Positions 12,900-24,453 of a stretch of 64,000 nucleotides of DNA are shown piece after piece. The stretch comes from Entomortierella parvispora E1425 (Eukaryota; Fungi; Mortierellomycota). Under the pieces are notes generated by a model. That model was not told where the DNA came from, searched no databases, and was given only the letters and a program-made list of their open reading frames with translations. The stretch covers positions 124,001 through 188,000 of the forward strand of contig BQFW01000001.1 in assembly GCA_020891255.1 (NCBI GenBank), in the 5' to 3' direction. A program made the position numbers and the translations under genes. How positions within the stretch are numbered: the first letter of the stretch is position 1; each line of letters begins with the position of its first letter.

Positions 12900-14030
12900 C
12901 ATGGATTCCCCATCAGCGGCAGAATGTCGCTGACTCTTTCGCTCCATGCAATTTTCAGCAAGAGCCAAATCGCTGAATACATTGGGTGGGCGTTTCGTCT
13001 TTTTGACGGAGTCTACGTCCTGGAGTGCCATCGATTATATGCAAGCGCTAAGGCAGATACCCAGCTTCCTGGAATTGGTCAAGAACCAATTCATGCTGTC
13101 GCTTACACTGGCAGTGTTGCCCCGCCTGTTAGAATCAGATCAGGGCCTGTCGGTAACTCGACTGACTAGGGTCGCACTATATTACCAATTCATGGTAAAA
13201 TTTCTTGAACATGGGAGACAGAGACTTGCAGCCTAGTTGATGAATTCCGGGTACCAGGATGACCTTCGAGAGTGTCTCTGATGGTGATTTTATACAATAC
13301 GGGATAAATTACCTCAAGGAATTGGCTGCGGCAATCCATGACAACCAGGCCGGCAACCCCATGGTACAATATTCTCACGCCCGCGATAGAAATACATGCA
13401 AAGGCAAAATTTTCAAAACCCAGAAGACGAAAACCAAGTCCTACTAGAAGCCAGCCCTCTTAGTCGCAGCCGAAACAAGTATCGATTTATATCATCGATC
13501 ACTGCTGGAGTACTTTGTCGCCCGTTCGATTTTCGAGCCGAACGACAACGTCGACTCGTTTCTTCAGATGCGCAGGATGAGCAGAGACTCAGCTGTGAGT
13601 TTTCAGAGCCAGTATTGCTGGCAGGGCCACACTGACAACATTGGCCGTGTTGCATTTTCGCCACTGGGCAACCACGTTCCCTCCACAGGTGTAGACAAGA
13701 CCCTTCGCCTATGCAATGTTCTCGACGGATACGGTGCGGAGGGTGATTGAGGGGTTCAATGGAGGCGTTCATAGTATTGCCTTCAGTAGCACGGACGATG
13801 GATATAAACTAGTCACCGGCTGTGACGACAAATCCGTTCGGAATGTGGGATGTGCAAAACGATGAAGAGGATGTCCAGGTGCGTTTGCGTTGGAGCTCTG
13901 GTCATACAGGAATTGGTTCGTCGGGTGCCATTCTGCAGGATGTGAGCGGTCTTAGCGATGTCAACAGAGAACTCTCACAGCAGCGCAGTACCATTGGCAG
14001 TCCAAAGGAGGCTTTGACCTTTCACGGGGT
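12900..14030 (+). pseudogene. Fragmented NACHT-WD40 (NLR / HET-E-like) relic
   Basis: Pieces in different frames with stops: LVKNQFMLSLTLAVLPRL...LTRVALYYQFMVKFLEHGRQRL; FESVSDGDFIQYGINYLKELAAAIHDNQAGNPMVQY; LLEASPLSRSRNKYRFI; WD40 GHTDNIGRVAFSPLGNHVPSTGVDKTLRL; C-terminal LRWSSGH...LQDVSGLSDVNRELSQQR. No Walker A region seen. Confidence 0.75.
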
Positions 14031-14271
14031 GGCCAAGAAGATAATGATGACCATAAATTCTGTGGCGAAAGCATGAAGTCAGAGGCAGTTCCTCAAGAAG
14101 AATAAAAAGCACGGGTGGTATACACTCCCAAAGGCTGCCAGTTCATTGTCCCTGCCTCATTGTATTAGTTCCAAAATGTGTTTCTGGTATGTCTGTGCAA
14201 AGACAAAACGGGACCTCATCCAGAGCAGTAGTGAAAAAAAAAAAAAAAAAAAAAAAATGAGATGGCCCACT

Positions 14272-17200
14272 TTATTCTTCTTCATCTTCCTCGCCTTGGG
14301 CTGCCATGGCTTCCTCCACTTCCTTCATTTCCAGAGTCATGATCTTGGACCGTCCCAAAGCTCGCATAGCCTCGGGCAAGAGATTCAGTCTCTTGCAAGC
14401 AATCGCCAATTGTTTGTCCTTCTCAATCCTGGCATAGACCGCCTTACAGTAAGCATCCATCGTCAATTGACCTGTCTGCACCTGCAAGACCAAAAGCTTC
14501 ATCTTGATTTCCAGCTGCGTCAATCGGTCCTGGTGCTCTTCTTCCAGTTCGGAATTGCCCACAGCCCTGGCATCGTGTATCAACTTTTGCGTCAGCTGGA
14601 TCTCGTTTTCCAAAACATTATTCGAGACCAAGAGTTCCACGCTACAAAAAATGAAAAATAAAAGTTTAGTCGCGTCACTGGCAACGCCTCTCTCAATTGT
14701 AACCCATTTCGAGTGAATATCATCAAATCTCACCTGTTGACCTCGTTTAGGGCCTTTTCTGATTCGCTTTCTTCGGGTTCTGCTGCTGGAGCGGTTGTAG
14801 CAGGGCGTGCCGATGGTTGTGTTGCTTGTGGTAGAGATGCAACAGCTGGAGCTGGCGAGGAAGCTGCAGGTTTGGGGGTGAGTGGCTTGTTTGCTGTGGC
14901 GGCCTGCACTGGCGATGGAGCTGCATTTCCTGTCGCCCTTGAAGCAGCTGTTACGCCTTTTGGTGCTGCTGGTGTAGAAGCCACTGGAGCTCTTGGTACA
15001 AACGCAGGAGCCTTTGCAGTAGCCTTGGGTGCAGGGGCTCCGGATCGGCCCAGCGCTGGACTTGCTGCTTGACGGCTAGGAGGAGTACTGGCAACTGGAG
15101 AAGGAAATCCAAGGCCTCCAGAGTTGAATTCGTCAATTACTAGCCATTTTTCCTCCTTGACAACAATCTCTGGTTTGAGGAGGGGGCGCTGTAGACGAAT
15201 CTTGACCTCAATCTTTCCTCCAGTGGCCTTGCGTGTTGAAGGATCCATGAGCTATAGTGAACGAGAAGATGTTAGTATGGTCCGGCTAGGAAAAAAAAAT
15301 GACACTGAGGAGAGCAATCCCACACCACAACTTACAGGTATGATTTCGTGAATCTCCGAGTGATGCATCAATGCCAGCAGCGGGACTTGAGCCTTTCCAA
15401 GCTGATAGTCCTTCCAAAGCAAGCCTCGGTAATGCCACACCTCGAAAGTAGCCTTCCTGCGCTCTACAAACTTGTGGAAGGCCCTAGTCCGTTCAATGCG
15501 AAGGCTCTTGGAATAGTTGAAATCTGGTCTAGGTGTCCGCCTCACCGTGGAAGTCGTTCCTTTGCCTGACCCAGCGCCTGCCATGTTCTCTGTAGGCCAT
15601 CCCAGATCCCAGACAACATAGGCGTCAATGTCCGATGGCTGAATCTCTCTATGGGACAAGTCCCAGGCGCGAACAATCTCAAGCGATAGGTCATTAAGGC
15701 CAATATCCTGATTGAATCCGACCTCCAGCTCGAATCTCACGTCCTGGAAATGAAATGCTGGTGCTCTCATTTTGTGATTCCGATGGGACTGCAGGGACAA
15801 AAGATCTCTCTTGAAGATGTTGTTGAGCTTGTGGAATCCCAGGGCAGTCTGCTTGTCACCTGCCTGGTAATAGTACTTGCAGGTCTCGGTGCACATCTTG
15901 ATCTGCGATTCCAGTTGTGATTGGAGCATATCAAAGGTATCATCGTCAGAGTTGGATACGATTTGAAAGTCGTCATCTATCGCCATCGGCCTGAACTCGA
16001 TACCGCCTCCAAATGCGCTGCGCACCACTGCTCCACTTCTCATGTCCTCTGCTGACGCCTCTGCAATGCTGTTTGATACTTGTGTTGTAGGTTCTGGTGC
16101 AGGGGAGGCGATGGCAGGAGAATAGGGTGACTGTCGCCGCTTTTCGGATGCCGGCACTACTGTGGAGACGGAAGGTGATTCCAATGCAACGGGGTCCACG
16201 GGTATGCTTTCAGTGGTATCAATGGCGGGTGGTGCATCTGGCACGGGGTATAATTCGAGATCCAGAAATCCTCCTGCTTCCACCAGTCGAATCCAGGTCT
16301 GAATCGACTTGAACGTCTTGACACGTTCTGCAGCCAAGGCCATGTCCCCCGATTTCTTTGCATCCAAAGCCGCTTTTTTGTACTGAACATCCCTTGTCTT
16401 CAAGAGGCCAAGTAGATCCTTGTGATTTGTTTTCGGAATTTCCTCCAGCCGCTTCAACGGCTTTGGTTCTGGTGGGGTTGTCGGTTTAAAATCCATGGCC
16501 TCGTTCGTAGAGGTGCTGTCTTCCATCTCATCATCATTGTCCTGCGGAGGGATAGCAATCATAGAAGAGCTTGCGGAGGCAAGTTTTGGAGGTTGTTCTT
16601 GATGATGCTCGGATATGGGAGTAGATATGGGAGTAGAGACGGGTGATTCGTGTATTGAGTGGGCTGGAGGTTGCGTGAGTTGTGGTGCTGGTGCTGGTGC
16701 TCGTGCTGGTGCCGGTTTTGGTGTCTCCATAGGTACATTTTTGGTATCTTGCTCATGATGGTCAGGAACCCCTCCAAGAGACTGAAGTTGCGCCTACTCG
16801 TAGTGAAAAATTGGTCAGTCGGTGAAAATAAAGGTCCCGGTCAAACGGTGCGATGAAATCAGGCGAAAAGTAAGCTCACCAGAAACTGTGGGTCTTTCCA
16901 GTCGTCCTCAGTCAACTCGACATCTTCGTCATCCTCTTCATCTCTCAATACGTCCTGTAAATCGAGGCCTAGTCCCGCCAAGGCAGATGAAGGAGCTGCT
17001 GCAGTTGGTGGCACAGGTGATGCGATCTTCTTCGGTTGTGGTGGCGTGGAGGCTGGTTTTGGTGCTGCAACGGCTGGTGTGGGTGCTACAACAGCTGGTG
17101 TGGGTTCTGCCACTTTCTTCACTGCAGGTTGTTCCATGGGTTTTTTTGGCGGTGAAATTGAAGCTTCTCCTGTAAGTCCCTGCAGTTCGGCCTTTGTTCG

Positions 17201-17524
17201 TTGTCAAGAATAGAAAAATAAATACATGTTAGCAACACGGTGCATGGAGGGAATGAGTAAGCGAATGAACGAGTTCCTGAGTACAAATTAGAATCGTTTT
17301 GCTCCTCATACCAGCAAGTCGGGGTCATCGAGGTCAATGTCGCCGAGGTCGTCGTCGCCGTCCTCAGCCATGTATTCGTCTCCGCCCGCAGACTCGTCCA
17401 TGTCCTCGGTGGCGAGCCGCAGCCCCTGAGCAATGAGGTCAGAGTAGTCTCCTGTGGGGTTCTGCTGCTGCTGCTGCTGCTGTCTCTGCTGTGAGGGCGG
17501 GTTCTGTTTCTTCCAGCTGAACAT
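14272..17524 (-). CDS. CC2D1: CC2D1A/B (Lgd)-like DM14 + C2 domain protein (exons 17524-17312, 17191-16880, 16793-15336, 15251-14734, 14641-14272)
   Basis: DM14-like LKTRDVQYKKAALDAKKSGDMALA...LYPVPDAPP. C2 domain LSLEIVRAWDL...PDFNYSKSLRIER...KATFEVWHYRG...LGKAQVPL, followed by LMDPSTRKATGGKIEVKIRLQRPL...EKWLVID. GT-AG introns keep the frame. Confidence 0.75.
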
Positions 17525-18646
17525 GTCTGGCGGTTGTTGTGAAGAGAGTAGTAGAGAGAGAGAGACGAACACACAGTAACACCACACACCACACCACACC
17601 ACGCTCGCATTCACGCACAGCTCCCTTGTGGGTTGTGGTCGACGGACAGCTGCAGTTGACACGTCCCCACTCCCAAAAAGGGCTGAATCCCACAGGGCTG
17701 TACCCTTAAAATCACGTGCTGCTTGCCAGTGGTGCAGTGCCACTGGTGCGCGCGCACTGCTGATGACGTTTGGCGCTCTCATTCCCATTCCAATCAGAGG
17801 AACTGCTTTGCCACCCGCCCGTCCTCTCACACTTTGTGTTTCTGCCGCGCACCCACACCTCCTCGAAATCCAATCAGCGCCTCTGCGCCCCCTCCCAGCC
17901 CCCTTTTCGCCACCCTTTCCTTCTGTTGCCTTCTTTTCCCCGCTCTCCTTTTGTTCCCCTCTATCCATCCATCCATCCCTTTATCTTTCCCTTTTTCGCC
18001 ATCCATCCAACCATCCATCGACCCTTCCTTCCTTCTTTCCTCCTTACCACCCCCCACCGACCCCGCCCCTGATCAGACTTGCTCCCAAGCATCCGATCGA
18101 TTCATCCCTTCTCAGCCAGCCTTCACGCCAGCAAACGCCAACCAGCCCAACAGAACACGAGCCAGCATCATCTCCGCCAGCCGCCCATCAGCCAGCCGAC
18201 CCAAAAAAACTCACTCGCTTCTCTTCGGTATGTCTGTCTCTACTACCAAGATGGACACCCTCTCCACCACCGGCGGTGCTGCTACTTGAAAAAGAAAGAA
18301 AGAAGAAAATACTCTTTGAGAAACCTCGTGTTGCATTCAATCTCCATCAAGACCATCACTTCCTCCGAACGACGAAGGATCGAGTGGGATCGAGTTGGAT
18401 CGAGTCTCTTTTTTCGCGCGAAGAGCAGCCAGCCGTGCTCCAGTACTGGAGGAGGAGGAGGATCCCGCACCTGCATCCTGCATCGCTGGTCGATTCCCAC
18501 TGCTTGAGAAACCTATTACTAAACGATACCAACCCACCTCCACAATCTCCTCTCCCCTCTCCATCTGCCACGTCTTCTTCACTGCGTCCCCCTTCCGCTC
18601 CAATCTCTCTTGTTCTTCAAATCATCAGATCCATCTCCAATCCATC

Positions 18647-20304
18647 ATGACCGACCACCACGACGATCTCGTTGACTACGATGAGGATGATGATGTCATC
18701 CAGTCCATCAACGCCGTCCCCGCCGCTGCCGAGCCTGAGGCCGTCGAGGACTCCAAGGACAAGAAGGGTTCCTATGTCGGAGTTCACTCCACTGGTTTCC
18801 GTGATTTCCTCTTGAAGCCAGAGCTTCTCCGTGCTATTGTCGACTGCGGTTTCGAGCATCCTTCTGAGGGTATGTGCTCGGCATATGATCTTTCGATTTC
18901 AAGATATTTGGGCTGGACCGACCTCTAATTGGCCTCTTTCAATTGTATCCAATAGTTCAGCAGGAGTGTATCCCCCAGTCCATCTTGGGCATGGATATTT
19001 TGTGCCAGGCCAAGTCTGGTATGGGTAAGACTGCCGTCTTTGTCCTTGCTTCTCTCCAGCAGGTCGAGCCCATTCCCGGCGAGGTCTCTGTTGTTGTTCT
19101 CTGCCACACTCGTGAGTTGGCTTTCCAGATCAAGAACGAGTATGCCCGCTTCAGCAAGTACTTGCCTGAGGTCCGTTCCGAGGTCTTCTACGGAGGTACG
19201 CCTTTGAAGAGAGATCAGGACATTCTCCGCAACAAGGAGCGCTGCCCTCACATCTTGGTCGGAACCCCCGGCCGTGTTTTGGCTTTGATCAAGGAGAAAA
19301 CTCTTAACTTGAAGAACGTCAAGCACTTTGTCCTCGACGAGTGCGACAAGATGCTCGATCAGATTGGTAAGTCCTATTGCTATCCCATGAACTCTTTCGG
19401 TCGCACACGATCGCCCATCCCTGCTCGGCCTTGCCAAAAGTCTTTCACAGCATGTTATGATGATAACTTTATTGCTATTAACCCAGCTCGTTTAAGGACA
19501 ACATACGTTCCTCATGAGATGAAGTTGACGCTGACCCATGCTATGAAAGACTTTGGTTGATATGGGAGGGATGGTTAAGAGAATGGTGTCAACTTCAACA
19601 TTTGTACTCTTGTTAACCCTTCATTCTCTGTTACTACAGACATGCGCCGTGATGTCCAGGGCATTTTCCGTGAGACTCCCCATCACAAGCAGGTCATGAT
19701 GTTCTCCGCCACCTTGAACAAGGAGGTCCGTCTCGTCTGCAAGAAGTTCATGCAGAACCCTCTCGAGATTTACGTCGACGACGAGACCAAGTTGACCCTC
19801 CACGGTCTTCAGCAGTACTTTGTCGGAATCACCGAGAACCAGAAGAACCGCAAGTTGAACGACCTCTTGGATTCCCTCGAGTTCAACCAGGTCTGCATCT
19901 TTGTCAAGTCTGTCCAGCGTGCCAACGAGCTCAACAAGTTGTTGGTCGAGTGCAACTTCCCCAGTATTTGCATTCACGGCTCCATGCCTCAGGAGGAGCG
20001 TATCGCCCGTTACAAATCATTCAAGGAGTTCAACAAGCGTATCCTCGTCGCCACCGATGTCTTCTCTCGTGGTCTCGATGTTTCCCGTGTGAACGTTGTC
20101 ATTAACTACGATGTCCCCGATGCCGCTGATACCTACCTTCATCGTGTCGGTCGTGCCGGTCGTTTCGGTACCAAGGGTTTGGCCATTACTTTCGTTGCCG
20201 ACGAGAAGGATACCGAGATTCTCAAGTCGATCCAGGCCCGTTTCGAGGTTCAGATCCCCGAGCTTCCCGAGGAGATTGATGTCTCCTCTTACATGACCGC
20301 CTAG
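18647..20304 (+). CDS. SUB2: DECD-box RNA helicase Sub2/UAP56 (exons 18647-18869, 18956-19366, 19640-20304)
   Basis: [67 protein letters not shown] introns 18870-18955 and 19367-19639. Confidence 0.96.
19449..19542 (+). ncRNA. Intronic box C/D snoRNA (probable LSU rRNA 2'-O-methylation guide)
   Basis: Box C ATGATGA 19457-19463, box D CTGA 19531-19534, 6-bp terminal stem AGCATG (19449-54) / CATGCT (19537-42). Antisense element AACCCAGCTC (19480-89) is complementary to conserved LSU GAGCUGGGUU. An internal AGGACAAC/GTTCCT stem precedes a C'-like AGATGA. Confidence 0.78.
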
Positions 20305-22029
20305 AGAGTTATTTCTGGGACCCAATGTGCTTGCTGCTTCAATATGAAATCTCTTCAAAAACAAAAAAATCCCCCCCACTAAATCAAGCAGAAGCACCAA
20401 CCCCCGTCGTGTGGAGGCGTATGACCCCGCACACTTTGTACCATAATAAAGGCTTCCGTCAACAAACTCCAATGTATAAATGTGTAAAGTGTTGTAGTCA
20501 GGAGATGAAAGATTGCATCCCAAGGACCCGCGACTGAGTGTATTTGGCCTTGGATAGAGCCTGGCCCCTGAGCTATTGCCCCCCTTCCAACAAACTAAGC
20601 GATGCTACGGCCTTGACCGTTCAGGAACACAACGACAAACATATTCGAAAGCAACCACTGCTGAGACAGTGGGCTATTCGATGCCGCCTTACGTTTGTTA
20701 GGGCAATGTTCGTTGCTCGATCCCTTACATAATTTCCTTGCGCAACGCCCAAATGCCCAAGATCTTCTACAACCCCGGATTTCTGCCGTGGTCGAACATG
20801 CAACCTTGAAGTCTCGAGTACCAGACTGATCCAAGTTTTCATAAAGCAGCAATGCACGTGCGCCTCGAGAGTACGAAGCCCGAGGGATTAATATCAGGAA
20901 AGGTCATCAATGCCCTGGTGCCCTGGTGGCAAAGACAGCACATGTCGCTCTGCATTCATTTTAACATCACTCTGCCTGCTCTCTTGCATGCCGAAGAGAA
21001 TTCCCTTTTTAATTCTCTTTAGAAATCAACCTTTTTCTTTTTCCAGGAGAATCAAGTTAAATACACATTCCTCACCTTGTCTTATCACATCAAACAGGAT
21101 GGTGAAACCTCCAGCGCAGCCTCATCCTTTTCAGGGCGTGGATCTACCGAATCGATTGTATCTCTGCAAGAGACCAGTAGCGTACAACGCGCTGGACTAT
21201 TTTCAAACGTTCAGTAACCTCAGGATTTCGAATAAGGGCCTTCTTCACGGGATCTGGAGAAGGCACTCAGGGTCATGGAAGAAAGTGATCTCTAAGCCTT
21301 TAAAAGTCAAGGACGGCAGCTCTTGTCAGCCTGGAAATGGCCTAGCAGGGGGTCTGAACGACCTTTGGACTAGAGTTGCGCAAACCGAGTACCTCGGTTT
21401 GGTGAGAGGGTTGCGATCGGCGCGCTAGATGGCTGAGCATTAATCACGTTTGAACAACTGGATCTCACCGAACCAGTGAGATCTTGTTCCCTGTCGTTGT
21501 CCCAACGAGAAGAAGACTGGTTGTGCTTTGTACTTGGTTGCTCTAATAAGCACTCTAATTTTTTTTTTTTGTCTTGTTTTGTTTTGCGTAGATGAAGTTT
21601 CCACTCCCGGTGCCTAGATGACAACGGACGAGGCTGCCGCCTGACCTTCCTACGTCCCCGTTGTCCCACATTCGAATCTTTGAATCTATTCAGCTATGCC
21701 TTTCAACACTTGTGGCCGCCTCCGCACGGCCGTCTCTTTCTTTGACACCGTCTTACAATTCCTGCCTGTTGTCCCTTTAGGATGTACTTTTTGAACTTTT
21801 AACAGCAGCAGGCTCTGAATGGCAATTGAGTACCTATGGCCATACAATGAAGAATACTAAGTTATGTGAGACGAGGCAGAGGTTTGAATTACGCTTGCAT
21901 GCCTCGTCAACCCCAAAGGGTCGCGCACAACCATCCCTGTTACCGAAAGAAGGAGGCATCGTGTATCGTGCAGCAATTGAATCGGCCACTACAACAAAAA
22001 TCACCGTCACACATCATAGCCGCCCGCCA

Positions 22030-22953
22030 AAAATGCACGCGCCCATTGACCTTCGCCATGCCTGATGTCCTCCATCTATCTTGCTATCAAGCACACCAGC
22101 ACACAAGCGATCCCTCCAAGACCCAAGACCAGTAAGTAAACGAAAGTTTATCTTTCCCATTCCCACTTTTTCATTTTTGGGTGTGAGGCAGCCCACAATC
22201 ACGACCAAAGAAACACATCGCGTTTGCATGAGCAATTCGCATGCTTTGGCTAAGGAGTGCCAGAGGGGTTCTGGTGCCAAAGGTAAAGTATCTTCTTCCG
22301 AAAGCCGGCGCCTGGGAATAGGAAGTCGAGTCACTCTTTAATATCATTTCATATTTCAAGCCAGGCAATCAGAAATATACACAAGGCATTTTTTCTTTTT
22401 CCATGATGGCGACATGTTTCCTTCTCTTGCGTCAAATTTCAAGGTCCATGGCATTGAAGATCTCCATCCATTCTTCTACGAAGAGAAGCCTGAGAACTGG
22501 ACTCCAAAACGGTTTTCCTCGAGAGGAGATGCCTCACAGTAATCCGACGACGCCGCGCCCCTTCTTTAGGGAACAATTGCCATGAGATTCTGCAGTTTTT
22601 AAAACGGGACAGTGACGGAGTGAAGGAAGAGAACAAGGCTAAAAGATCAATCGAAGTTAGGGTAGCCCTGCACGCCGAGAAGGAAGAGGAGATAATCTTT
22701 CGAGCAGGCGAATGCCAATGGCATCCCAGCTGTGAAGCTCCCGGAGTTTCGATCCATTCAGTTCTGCAGCCGATGTCGCTTCCGGGCAGTTCGGAAAGGC
22801 AGGTCCATCCTCTGTGAACACTGCAGTTGGGACATCGACAGAGACCATAACGCCGGCGAAAATCTCGCCAGATGTCTGGGTACTCACCTACAAACACAGA
22901 CATGGCCAGCGCCTCTCGACAACGCGCTCGCCAAAGTTCACTCGCGTGAGTGA
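22030..22953 (+). mobile_element. Degraded Fanzor/TnpB-like nuclease gene (RuvC-II, zinc finger and RuvC-III intact at the C-terminus)
   Basis: Frame 22702-22953: ANANGIPAVKLPEFRSIQFCSRC...RSILCEHCSWDIDRDHNAGENLARCLGTHLQTQTWPAPL, giving RuvC-II Glu + CxxC...CxxC + DRDxNAxxN. Possible RuvC-I remnant PIDLRHA* at ~22043-22065. The intervening sequence is broken by stops. Confidence 0.7.
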
Positions 22954-23350
22954 GGCTCATGTGGAATGAGCACAATCTTCTTTACAGCATCATCGGTAAG
23001 TGCAACAAAAAATCCGAGGACAAAAGCAAAAACCTTTATATTTTCAACTAATTTATTCTCACGTCTTTATGCATTTTGGGGAGTTTAGCTGTATCATACC
23101 TTGGACAACAACTAGCGATGGTCGACAAATATTAGAAAGATGGCGTTTTGAGAGCCTGTTTTAGTCCGAACGTGTCTTTCGACAACTATTTGGGAACCAC
23201 AGGCCCTTGCCCCCCACGCGACCAGTCCTTCGAAATACAAGTAAAAGATACCTGAAAATCAATCTTGGTGTCCCTTTGCAACGTTTCTCCCGCCATGAGC
23301 CCAGCCTTGAAGTCCAGTAGTGTGGCGCGTGCATGTGTTTGTGCGTAAGA

Positions 23351-23374
23351 GGGCGCGCGCGCGCGCGCGAGATT

Positions 23375-23407
<33 letters not shown>

Positions 23408-23483
23408 TGCAAGCGACGAGAAAGGAGAGTCCCCTCATGTACTCAAAGTGTCCTCAAAGTGTCCTCAAAGTGTCCTCAAAGTG
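23351..23483. repeat. (GC)n + (GA)n microsatellites followed by an 11-bp tandem repeat (TCCTCAAAGTG x ~4)
   Basis: Read directly at 23351-23400 and 23441-23483. Confidence 0.85.
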
Positions 23484-24453
23484 AGCGTCAACAGATGAAA
23501 CCAACGAGACCGCGTTGGGTCGACTTAGCCGAGAACTCATGGATGCTGCGATGGACGAAAATTGATTTCCGGGCGGTGGTTGGTCGCCACGTTTGTGGTC
23601 GCGCTTGGTTGGTACTCCATATCCACCCAGCCACCCAGAACACTACACTCTACACATTGACGCTGCCGACCTTAACATGAATTGTTTCAGCAACACGCGA
23701 TGATCGGGTCTAGAAAATGGCATGTTACAAATACTTGTGGAGGAGACGATCGATCTGTGGCTGTGCGGGAAGGTTTACATGAAGTGGGGTGTGTGAAGAG
23801 CGAGCCATGGGTGTTCACCTTGCCAAGCAAAACTCCGAAGTTTATTGAGCCCTCCTCTCGTTCTCCTCTGCTCTCCTCTGCTCTCCTCTGCTCTCCTCTG
23901 CTGCACAAGTGGGCTGTAGCAAAAAAAAGAAAAAAAAAAGGGAGATTGAACACAAGGCTAAGGTTGATTAAGCTCTTCGCCTCGTGGGCGGAATGATAAT
24001 GTTGTTCTCATTGGTTATCTCTTTGCGCTTTTGTTTGCTTGTTTCTCTTTCACTGCGCCCGTTTTCTTGGCGATCAATCTCAATCTGTTAGATCCATTGA
24101 TACTCCCGCGGCCATTGGTTGGTAGTTGCATGAAGAACAAGGACACGCAACAAACAAGGATACCATATCATGGACACAAAGCTTTATCAGCGTCCCATCT
24201 CGCATCTTTCGATGCAAGGACCATTGTTCCCCCTCGGCAACAATGGAGACAATCGAACTCAAATCCTTCAACGCCCTCAATTCATTCAACTGATATTGAC
24301 CGCGGGCGCTTTGAGCAACAACTATAAAGACAGGGCGAGGCGCACAACTTTTTTTTTTCTTCTTTACCCTCAGGTCTCCAACTTCCTCTTCTACCTCTTC
24401 CACCTCCTCCACTTCCCCCCCCCTCTCTTCCACCCGCTTTCACCTCTGTCATC

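Noticed and set aside
17306-18928. Several long ORFs in the CC2D1-SUB2 divergent region (e.g. 17628..18650, 340 aa)
   Set aside because: Pyrimidine-rich promoter and 5' UTR-intron sequence with low-complexity translations; only the parts overlapping true first exons are coding.
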